64,000 nucleotides of DNA from a virus (lineage: Duplodnaviria > Caudoviricetes). The stretch is taken from IMG/VR virus record IMGVR_UViG_2740891882_000003, positions 1 through 64,000 of that record; one strand, given 5' to 3'. The notes below the pieces were generated by a model that worked only from the letters and a program-made list of their open reading frames with translations, ran no database searches and had not been told where the DNA came from. Position 1 is the first letter of the stretch, and each line of letters starts with the position of its first letter. Shown here piece by piece: positions 35,142 to 42,591 of the stretch. Both the position numbers and the translations under genes were made by a program.

Positions 35142-36679
35142 CAGCGGTTGGCCTCCGCATCACCGAGCGTCTCGGTGGCGCCGAGGACGCCGTCGAGGAG
35201 GGCGGCCACCTGCTGCTCGCTGATGGCGCCCAATTGGACGCCGGTGCCGAGGGCCTGGACGGCGTTGCCGAGGGAGGTGAGCAGGTCGACGCGGCGCTGC
35301 AGTTCGGCGTCGTCGTCGAGGGCGGACAGCCAGGCTTCGACCATCTCGGGCGGGCAGCCGGCCTCGATGAGGGCGCGTTCACGTGGTACTCCTGCGCCGA
35401 TCTTCGCGTCGACGGTGGCCCAGCCTTCACTGTCGTCGCGGTAGTCGGCGGGCTGCCAGCGCACGGTGACGGTGACGTCGTCGTAGCCCAGCAGGCGCAG
35501 CGCGAACTCGAACGCGTCCTGGTGGGTGGCGCCGAAACTCCGCTGCCGGGCCTGTACGCGCGCGGTGAGGGCGGCGCGGGCCTCACGGCGCGCCTCGCCG
35601 GAGATGGCGTCGCCAGTGGAGTCGAACTCCTGGAATGGCGTGGACGTGACCTGCGCCATCGCCTTGACGTACCGGTCGAACGGTGCGAGGTACACCTGCG
35701 GGTCCGCGGCGGCGAACTGGCCGACACCCTTCAACCCTTGCAGCATCCACAGTTCGCCCGGATCGTTCCGCAGCTGCGACGGATTCAGCGGAGACTCAGG
35801 GTCGCCGTCGAGATCCTCGGGGTTGTCCGGGTCGAAGTCGGCCTGCGCGCCGGACTGGTCGACCGCGGGATCGATGAGTCCGTACCGCTGCGGCAGCGAC
35901 TGGAAGTCCACCGTGGCCAGATGGCCGAGGACAAGCTTGTTGATGGCGGCCTGCGGCCCGTAGGCGGCATAGTGCTCGGGCCGGCCATAGGGGCGGCCAG
36001 TGCGGTAGTGAAAGAACGGGATTTCGTCCCACGGGTTGGGCAGTATCCAGTCCTGACCGTCGGCGTCGAAGTGCTCCCACTTGTCCTGCTTGCCTGAGTG
36101 CTTTCCCTTCCATACCCAGCGCTCGATCCGGGCCGGCTCCTCCATGCTGGTGGCGCCGTAGTACAGGTCTGCGCGGATCTGCTGCTCCTTGCCGGAGCCG
36201 ACGCACCATGACTTGATGGCCAGCTTCTTGCGGAGCGGGTTCTCCTCGTCGTAGATCACGCGCACGGTGGCGGCGGAGTTGACGAACATGTCGACTGCGG
36301 TCACCGTGCCCTGGTCGTCGAGGGCGGGCCACACCATCAGGTAGGCGTCGCCCTGCGAGCAGGCGCGGACGTGGAGGCCGGGGAGTTCCTCGTCGAGTTC
36401 GTTCCGCTTGACCAGGTCGGCGATCTCGGCATCCAGATCGTCATCGGATGCAGTGATGGCGGTGATGTGGAGTCGGTCGGTGACTGCGGTGACGGGAATG
36501 CGCGCGAAGTTGATCTCGTCGAGTTCGTCCAGGTTGGATTTGGCGAGCATCTTCGCCACCTTGTCGGACGCGAAGATCTCATCGACGTCCCCGTCGAAGT
36601 ACGCCTCCGCCTTCGCATAGCCGGGCCGGGCCTCGACGAGTTCGGCGTAGGCGGCCACGAGATCAGCAGTACCGGCCAT
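35141..36679 (-). CDS. portal protein (SPP1 gp6-like)
   Basis: YF.G, N.A, G.AYL.VW, NP..E.PF, SGEA; follows terminase. Confidence 0.9.
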   Translation of the reverse strand: MAGTADLVAAYAELVEARPGYAKAEAYFDGDVDEIFASDKVAKMLAKSNLDELDEINFARIPVTAVTDRLHITAITASDDDLDAEIADLVKRNELDEELPGLHVRACSQGDAYLMVWPALDDQGTVTAVDMFVNSAATVRVIYDEENPLRKKLAIKSWCVGSGKEQQIRADLYYGATSMEEPARIERWVWKGKHSGKQDKWEHFDADGQDWILPNPWDEIPFFHYRTGRPYGRPEHYAAYGPQAAINKLVLGHLATVDFQSLPQRYGLIDPAVDQSGAQADFDPDNPEDLDGDPESPLNPSQLRNDPGELWMLQGLKGVGQFAAADPQVYLAPFDRYVKAMAQVTSTPFQEFDSTGDAISGEARREARAALTARVQARQRSFGATHQDAFEFALRLLGYDDVTVTVRWQPADYRDDSEGWATVDAKIGAGVPRERALIEAGCPPEMVEAWLSALDDDAELQRRVDLLTSLGNAVQALGTGVQLGAISEQQVAALLDGVLGATETLGDAEANR

Positions 36680-36682
36680 AGG

Positions 36683-38263
36683 TCACCTCGGGCTCACGGA
36701 ACGGACCGCGGCCTTCGGCCGGGCGGGGGGCTTCAGGAAGCGCAGGACCGCATTGCCGACGGTGTCGACAAGGTCGTCGTTAGGGGCCTTCGGGAAGGCG
36801 ACCATCTGCTCTTCGAGGGCGGGCAGCGGCTCGGCATGCATGACCCGAGTGGGGATCAGCTGGTACAGGTTCAGGAGACGTTCGGCGCGCGTCTCCTTCT
36901 TGTCGCTGTTGGAGAAGGTGACGACCTTGACGGGCAGGTCATGGAACACCTCAAGCCACAGGTCACCGCCCTGGTTCGACTCGACGAGAATCGCGCCGAT
37001 CTCCGGGAACGATTCAAGGATCTGCAGGACGCGGGTGCGCAGCTCCTTGCCCTTGAGCTTCACGGCCTGCGCGAACTTGACCAGGCAGCGTGCTGGGCGG
37101 CCGTCGTCGGCGGGCGCCCAGCCGACGACGGACAGGCCGGTGAAGTCCGATGTCTTCTTGGTGGTGACGGCGCCGTCAACGGACAGGTAGGTGCGGGCGG
37201 TGGGGAACGCGCCGTAGGTGAAGTCGTCTTCGGACCAGTAGGCGCCGTCGGCGGCCATCGGATCGTTGAGGTAGTTCTTCCGGAAGCTGCGGGTGTGTTC
37301 GATCTTCTTCAGGAAGTCGAGCGGCCACTTCGACGGCCACATGGACCGCTCGCCGCCGAAGTCGTCTGTGACGATCGGCAGATGGTGGTGGACCCGGAAC
37401 TGCTGCTCCCCCACCCAGGCGTTGCCTTCGGCTCGCTCCCCCTTGCCCCACTTCACCAGCTGGTGGGTGATGCTTCCCGGCATCGTCACCGTGCCGCTGA
37501 GGACCACCCTCGCGTAGATGTTCAAAGGCAGGATGGCGTCGGTGACGGTCTTCAGCCGCTTGTCCGCCTGGTATGCCGAGTAGCTGGATTCATCCGGCTC
37601 CACATCGTCCAGGAGCAGCAGGTCGGGGCGCCGTTCGCCGACCTTCATGCCAAGGCTGGATGCGTCGATACCCTTCGCCGCGAACACGAACCCGTTGGAC
37701 CGGATCACCATGTGCTTCGCATCCGACTCCGACGCACCCGACGGGCGGCGGCCGGCCGAGCACAACTTGGGGAAGTCGCGGCGCAGCGCAGCGTTCTGGT
37801 CGACTTCCTTCCGGAAAGTGCCCAGGTGCATTTCCGCCTGCGGGCCGGAGTCGGCGAACACGGCGGCGAACTTGACGTGCCCGTGCGCGGCCGCCCACAG
37901 CGGCAGGATGAACAGCATCCACGTCGACTTGCCGGTATCCCGGGGGGCGAGGAACGCGTCCCGCTGCTCCATCGGCGCGGCCGGGGGAATGGCCCACTGC
38001 CGGGCGAGGCGCACCCATTCGAGGTGGGCGTCGGCGAAGGTCACGCGGCCTTCGGGGTCGCGGAGGTGGTGCAGGCAGTACAGGACGGCGAACAGCAGCG
38101 GGTCGAACCGTGTGGCCTCGATGCGGGCTTCCCGGTATTGGGGGCTGCCGTCGATGAGGCGTGCGTCGATGCCGGCGACCCAGGCGGTGAAGTCGAACGT
38201 CTCCGCGTTCGCGCCCAGGTCGTAGGGGTCGGCGATGCGCAGCTGATCGACGGCGCTGGTCAC
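36683..38263 (-). CDS. terminase large subunit
   Basis: Walker A APRDTGKS, Walker B LLLLDDVE, nuclease SVD and FP....DDLVD. Confidence 0.93.
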   Translation of the reverse strand: MTSAVDQLRIADPYDLGANAETFDFTAWVAGIDARLIDGSPQYREARIEATRFDPLLFAVLYCLHHLRDPEGRVTFADAHLEWVRLARQWAIPPAAPMEQRDAFLAPRDTGKSTWMLFILPLWAAAHGHVKFAAVFADSGPQAEMHLGTFRKEVDQNAALRRDFPKLCSAGRRPSGASESDAKHMVIRSNGFVFAAKGIDASSLGMKVGERRPDLLLLDDVEPDESSYSAYQADKRLKTVTDAILPLNIYARVVLSGTVTMPGSITHQLVKWGKGERAEGNAWVGEQQFRVHHHLPIVTDDFGGERSMWPSKWPLDFLKKIEHTRSFRKNYLNDPMAADGAYWSEDDFTYGAFPTARTYLSVDGAVTTKKTSDFTGLSVVGWAPADDGRPARCLVKFAQAVKLKGKELRTRVLQILESFPEIGAILVESNQGGDLWLEVFHDLPVKVVTFSNSDKKETRAERLLNLYQLIPTRVMHAEPLPALEEQMVAFPKAPNDDLVDTVGNAVLRFLKPPARPKAAVRSVSPR

Positions 38264-38868
38264 TCGCCCGACTCCCGTTCGGCGCGCAGCCCTTCGACGA
38301 CGGTGGCGTTCTTGGCGCGCATCTCGGCAACGAGTTCTTGCAGGGCAACGTCCTGCTGGGTGGTTTCGGTGACGGTCGCTTCGACGCGGGTGGGGGCATC
38401 AAGGCCGAACAGCTTACGCAGCTGCTCCACGTTCCTGGACCGTTCGCCTTCGATCTTCACGAGGCGGTCGATCGCGGCGAGCACAGGCCCGTAGTCGGCG
38501 AGGGGCTCACCTTCGAGCATGATGACGCGGCCGTTGTTGACGGTGATGTGGTGCTTCTCCAGCACGCCGAGCGCGACTGCTTCGAGCCTGTCGAGGCGCG
38601 GCAGGGCCGCTTCGATGCGTTCGAAGACGATGGCCCGATAGGTGTCGATCTTCGGGTCGACGCGGCGGGCGCCCTCCTCGCGGACCAGGTCGCGGACCGT
38701 ACTGGAGCTGATGCGGTGCCCGCCAGTAGGCCCGTTGGGGTCCTGGGTGAGGTCGTCGATGGCGCCGTTGCTCATGCCGCGGGCTTTGAGGTCGAAGACG
38801 ATTTCGGCGAGCCGCCAGCGTTCGGCAGTGTTGCGCCGCTTGTACGGGCCGGGCCCCGCCTCCACCAT
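38260..38868 (-). CDS. terminase small subunit
   Basis: N-terminal HTH, KLFGLDAP; coupled to large subunit. Confidence 0.8.
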   Translation of the reverse strand: MVEAGPGPYKRRNTAERWRLAEIVFDLKARGMSNGAIDDLTQDPNGPTGGHRISSSTVRDLVREEGARRVDPKIDTYRAIVFERIEAALPRLDRLEAVALGVLEKHHITVNNGRVIMLEGEPLADYGPVLAAIDRLVKIEGERSRNVEQLRKLFGLDAPTRVEATVTETTQQDVALQELVAEMRAKNATVVEGLRAERESGE

Positions 38869-38914
38869 CCCAACCTCCCCAATGCCGTGGATTCCTCAGA
38901 ATCACACCACCCTC

Positions 38915-38930
38915 ACCTTCGAATCGTAGG
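38915..38930 (-). promoter_or_regulatory. late promoter/operator palindrome
   Basis: ACCTTCGAATCGTAGG, identical over 15 nt to 11878-11892. Confidence 0.65.
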
Positions 38931-39017
38931 CCATAGGGTCGCATTAGTCGCCCACTCCCCTACCGCGACACCCGGCGCGGGCGCACCATGGAAGGCAGAA
39001 CGGCGAGGGAGGCATGG

Positions 39018-39212
39018 ATGGTCAGCGCACGCGGAGGCCGCTACGGCTTCGTTTACCGATCAAGGCAGTCCGTGTACCGAGCCCTACGCCGCAAAGGCGC
39101 CAGCAAGTCGAAAGCCGCCCGCATCAGCAACGAAGGCTTCACCCGTGCAGGACGATCCCTCATGGCGAAGAAGGCGGCGAAGACCCGGCGGTCGCGCGGC
39201 CGTCGGCGGTAG
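39018..39212 (+). CDS. small highly basic protein
   Basis: GGAGG RBS; YRALRRKGASKSKAARISN; Arg/Lys-rich. Confidence 0.7.
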   Translation: MVSARGGRYGFVYRSRQSVYRALRRKGASKSKAARISNEGFTRAGRSLMAKKAAKTRRSRGRRR

Positions 39213-39262
39213 CATCCCCGCACCGCACGCAGGGGGTGTGTGCGGCCTGTTGGGGGGTTGTG

Positions 39263-39517
39263 ATGGGGGTTCGCCTTTCTGGCGGTATCGGCCCACTGAG
39301 GGTGTCGGTGCCAGTAATCGGGGGAGGCGGCGCGAATGCGGCCGTCGGCCTCTTCGCGGTGATGATGAAGGGGGTCGTCTACCTCGTGTGGTTCGAGCTC
39401 GTCCTGTGCTGGTACCTGCTTGTCGGGTGCTACTGGCTACTGCGGGCCGTGTACTGGGAGGCGCCGCGGGCCGGTTGGCGGTGGTGGCAGCGACGGCAAG
39501 CGGTAAACAGCAGTTGA
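39263..39517 (+). CDS. small membrane protein
   Basis: MGVRLSGGIGPLRVS then long hydrophobic segment. Confidence 0.6.
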   Translation: MGVRLSGGIGPLRVSVPVIGGGGANAAVGLFAVMMKGVVYLVWFELVLCWYLLVGCYWLLRAVYWEAPRAGWRWWQRRQAVNSS

Positions 39518-39523
39518 ACAACA

Positions 39524-39560
39524 CGAAGGCCCCGGTCCGGACGGCGGATCGGGGCCTTCG
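39524..39560. terminator. bidirectional terminator
   Basis: CGAAGGCCCCGGTCCG / CGGATCGGGGCCTTCG. Confidence 0.8.
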
Positions 39561-39572
39561 ACGTGCGCGGGG

Positions 39573-39770
39573 TCAGGCGTTGCGGGTCACCGTGGCGTGT
39601 TCCCAGACCTTGCCGTTGAGCTGGTCAGGGTCTCCGGGGTTGACGGTCAGCTCACCCAGCTCGCCGCGCACGATGGCGCGGACTTCGACGACGGGGCCTT
39701 GTTCGGTGTGAACGTGGTCGCCGATCTGGAAGTCGTCGGCGGGGATCCGGAGTTCGGTCATGGGGTTCAT
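39573..39770 (-). CDS. hypothetical protein
   Basis: A.D.Q.GD small beta-barrel-like pattern; coupled. Confidence 0.6.
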   Translation of the reverse strand: MNPMTELRIPADDFQIGDHVHTEQGPVVEVRAIVRGELGELTVNPGDPDQLNGKVWEHATVTRNA

Positions 39771-40018
39771 CCTGTCGGGTTGGGCGATGTATTTGCTTCG
39801 TCGTCCTCAACTGCCTTCGTGCAGCCTCGGCATGGGGTGATGGCGCCGAGGGGGTAGCCGCGTTCGAGGTAGCCGGTTTTCCCGCAGGCTGCTTCGAGGA
39901 GATCCCACCAGCGTTCATCGATCGGGCGTTTCGTGCGGTGGTAGGTGCGGCCCTTGACGAACCGGACCTGCTTGATCGGGTACAGCTCGGCCATCGACGG
40001 GGCGGGTGGTGCGGTCAT
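39767..40018 (-). CDS. hypothetical Zn-binding protein
   Basis: H...CG...CRGC; coupled. Confidence 0.6.
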   Translation of the reverse strand: MTAPPAPSMAELYPIKQVRFVKGRTYHRTKRPIDERWWDLLEAACGKTGYLERGYPLGAITPCRGCTKAVEDDEANTSPNPTG

Positions 40019-40125
40019 CAGTCCTCTTCCTCGTCCTGGCTGGTGTCGCGGTCGCCCCACCAGCGGTCCCAGTCGGCGGCCTCTTCGACGGTTTCCTCCC
40101 ACGCGGGGAGCTGCTGGGCGGTCAT
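40018..40125 (-). CDS. 35-aa acidic peptide
   Basis: ATGA and TGATG overlaps; MTAQQLPAWEETVEEAADWDRWW. Confidence 0.5.
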   Translation of the reverse strand: MTAQQLPAWEETVEEAADWDRWWGDRDTSQDEEED

Positions 40126-40460
40126 GCGGCGAGGGCGAGCTTGGCGGCGACGAGCTTGTAGGCGGGCTTGCGGGGCCGGTAGGCGATCGCGATGAGGGCG
40201 ACCTGCTGGGGGGTGTAGCGGACGCAGTCCCGCATGTGGCGGCCGGCATGGATGCGGCCGGGGGTGCCGTGGATGGCGAGTTTGGCGGCGGTCTTGCGGA
40301 GGGTTCCGGCGACGGATGCGGCGTCGCGGTGGTTGAGGCCCTGGGCCATGCAGTGGGAGGCGAGAGTACCGGTGCCGTTGCGGTGGATGCGGGCGTCGGC
40401 TCGGGTGGCGGCGGCTCGGGCCTTCAGGGTGGCGCGGCGGGTGCGGTTGGACTGGAGCAT
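40122..40460 (-). CDS. basic hypothetical protein
   Basis: AGGGGGA RBS; YRPRKPAYK. Confidence 0.7.
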   Translation of the reverse strand: MLQSNRTRRATLKARAAATRADARIHRNGTGTLASHCMAQGLNHRDAASVAGTLRKTAAKLAIHGTPGRIHAGRHMRDCVRYTPQQVALIAIAYRPRKPAYKLVAAKLALAA

Positions 40461-40480
40461 GGTTCCCCCTCTTGCTTGCT

Positions 40481-40562
40481 GTCTATTTTCTAGACACTCA
40501 AAGCATGACACACCCCGGGTCCCACGTCTATTCCGTAGACACTTCGCGTCTATGAAGCAGAC
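40481..40562. promoter_or_regulatory. three GTCTA-N5-YAGAC operators
   Basis: Copies at 40481, 40526 and 40548 in the divergent promoter region. Confidence 0.75.
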
Positions 40563-40585
40563 GAGCGCCGTGAGACGATGCCCCA

Positions 40586-40915
40586 ATGACCACCGACTGG
40601 GAGAAACAACTCGCCCGCCGCGCACAGGCCGTAGAGCGTGCCGATCAGCAGCGCGACGAAGACATCGCCGCCGCACGCCTCGACGGGCACTCGTTCCGCG
40701 AGATTGGCCGATGGGCCAAGGTGAACCACGAGCGAGCCCGCACCATCGCCATCCGCATCAACGGCGACTCCCGCACCCGCGCGGAGCGGACCTCAACGAC
40801 AGCGGCCACGCCGCACGGTGAACTCAGCTGGGGGCCCGGTCTCCCGCCAGTCGAGGAGCAGCCCACCCACCGGAAGCCGGAGCGCCCGGTGGGCAGCGAG
40901 GAGAACGCCGGATGA
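40586..40915 (+). CDS. small HTH regulator
   Basis: RDEDIAAAR.DGHSFREIG.WAKVNHERAR. Confidence 0.75.
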   Translation: MTTDWEKQLARRAQAVERADQQRDEDIAAARLDGHSFREIGRWAKVNHERARTIAIRINGDSRTRAERTSTTAATPHGELSWGPGLPPVEEQPTHRKPERPVGSEENAG

Positions 40916-41220
40916 GCCCCGCCCCCGGCACCACCCGCTACCTGTGTCCGCTCGAATGCGGCTGGCACCACGACGTTCCCCCACCCAGCGTCGAACGGGT
41001 CGCCGAGCTGGGCGTCACCGCCGACCCGGCCGCCCGGGACATCCACGAGGCGATCACCTCGGTTGCGCACCGGGCGACCTTCGCCGAGGCCCAGCGGACG
41101 GAGACGGCGCTCCGCGAACACCTCGACACCCACACCACCGAGCAGTACGTCCGCGTCATCCGCGACCTGCGAGTCGAGGTCGCACGCCTGAAGGATGCTG
41201 CAGAACACGCACCCAGGTAG
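40912..41220 (+). CDS. hypothetical protein with split Cys/His motif
   Basis: CPLECGW ... HLDTH; ATGA coupling. Confidence 0.65.
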   Translation: MSPAPGTTRYLCPLECGWHHDVPPPSVERVAELGVTADPAARDIHEAITSVAHRATFAEAQRTETALREHLDTHTTEQYVRVIRDLRVEVARLKDAAEHAPR

Positions 41221-41235
41221 CCCGCCGCACGCCGA

Positions 41236-41267
41236 AGGGCCCCGGCCGAGGAACCGGCCGGGGCCCT
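41236..41267. terminator. bidirectional terminator
   Basis: AGGGCCCCGGCCG / CGGCCGGGGCCCT. Confidence 0.8.
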
Positions 41268-41295
41268 GTCGCATCCGGGGAGCCCGGCCGACGCC

Positions 41296-41757
41296 TCAGT
41301 CCCGGTTGATGGTCTTGGACCAGACGGCGCGGGTGTGGGTGATGCGGGTTTCCTGGTGGACGTTGCCGGTGTACGTCTGGTGGATTTCGGCGGGTGCGGC
41401 TTCGCCGGTCCGGCGAACGAGGCGGGCCACGGCGAGGATGGGCACGGCCACGATCGCCGGGGCCGCACAAACCATGCCGATGACCGTGGGGTTGGCGTAG
41501 CCCGAGGCGAGCATCACGCCAATGGCGATCGCACCGGGTGGGATCGTGGCGGCGGAGGCGGACAGCATGACTGTGCTGGCGTCGACGGCCCTCTGTGACA
41601 TGGGTGGCCGTTCGGGCTTCAGGGCGGGCGGGCTGATGCCGTGTCGCCTGGCTTCGTGGAGGGCGTTGTCGATGGCCGCCTTGATGACGGCGTCGGTGAG
41701 CGGGTTGTCGGCCTGCCCGGCCGCGGTGGCGGCGGGCGGCTCGGGCAGGACGGTCAT
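41296..41757 (-). CDS. Spd-like two-TM membrane protein
   Basis: RPPMSQRA, two hydrophobic segments, HQ.Y.G.V.Q tail; downstream of traB. Confidence 0.6.
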   Translation of the reverse strand: MTVLPEPPAATAAGQADNPLTDAVIKAAIDNALHEARRHGISPPALKPERPPMSQRAVDASTVMLSASAATIPPGAIAIGVMLASGYANPTVIGMVCAAPAIVAVPILAVARLVRRTGEAAPAEIHQTYTGNVHQETRITHTRAVWSKTINRD

Positions 41758-41772
41758 GGCGGGTGGGTTCTC

Positions 41773-42414
41773 CTAGTCGATTTCGCCGGTGCCGGAGCAC
41801 ACGGAGCAGGGGACGTTGGTGGCGCCGTGGATACGGCTGTCGATGCTGTGGCTGCCTTCGCCGTCGCAAGCGACGCAGGGGTTGACGGGTTCGGGCTGGT
41901 AGTCGGGGTCGGGGTCGCCGCCAGGCGTGTTCCAGTCCCAGGCGGCTCCGATGGCGGCGGCTTTCGCTGCGGCGACGGTGTTGGTGGCGGTGCCGGTGAT
42001 GGCGGCGGCAGCCTTCTTGATCGGCCGCTTCAGGGCGCGTTTCGCGGCGTTCTTCCGGCGGCGCGCAGCAGGCTTGATGATCTTCTTCCAGTAGACGTCG
42101 CGGGCGGCGCGCTTGAGGTCGTCGAGGATGACGTCGGGGTGGAGCACGCCCTCGAAGGCGACGCCGCCGATAACGATGTGGAAGGTGTCCTCGTCTTCGG
42201 CCCGTTGGCGGCCGGTTGAGGCGGCCTGGATCTGCTTGAGGTCGCCGAGGGTGAGGGGGGTGGCGTCCCAGCTATGGGACTGCCAGCAGTTGCCGCGGAC
42301 GGGTAGGGCGTCGATCCATCCGGCGCCGTCGAGGGTGAAGGCTTCGGAGCCGCATTCGGGGCACAGTTCGGGGTGCCCGTTGATCGTCATGGACTGGATC
42401 TTCAGGGTGAGCAT
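41773..42414 (-). CDS. Zn-finger protein
   Basis: CPECG..C..H and CVACDGEG...CSVCSGTG; AAAGGAGG RBS. Confidence 0.7.
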   Translation of the reverse strand: MLTLKIQSMTINGHPELCPECGSEAFTLDGAGWIDALPVRGNCWQSHSWDATPLTLGDLKQIQAASTGRQRAEDEDTFHIVIGGVAFEGVLHPDVILDDLKRAARDVYWKKIIKPAARRRKNAAKRALKRPIKKAAAAITGTATNTVAAAKAAAIGAAWDWNTPGGDPDPDYQPEPVNPCVACDGEGSHSIDSRIHGATNVPCSVCSGTGEID

Positions 42415-42426
42415 CTCGCCTCCTTT

Positions 42427-42591
42427 CGGTCTGTCTGAGGTCTGTCACGGGCGGTAAAGCAGCAGGTGGGAGGTCTGCCGCAGGTCTGACACGTCCTACC
42501 GTTGGGGTGGCTGCCTTGCTGGCCCTGGCAGACCTGTGTCAGACCTGCGACCTGCGGTTATCCATGCGGAGGTAGACCTGTGTCAGACCTC
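42427..42591. repeat. clt-like array of CAGACCT/AGGTCTG repeats
   Basis: Four (A)GGTCTG copies then five (CA)GACCT copies directly downstream of traB. Confidence 0.7.

Noticed and set aside
42427-42591. CRISPR array or retron/DGR template
   Set aside because: Repeats are 7-17 nt, irregular and in both orientations; no cas or reverse transcriptase gene is evident in the window.
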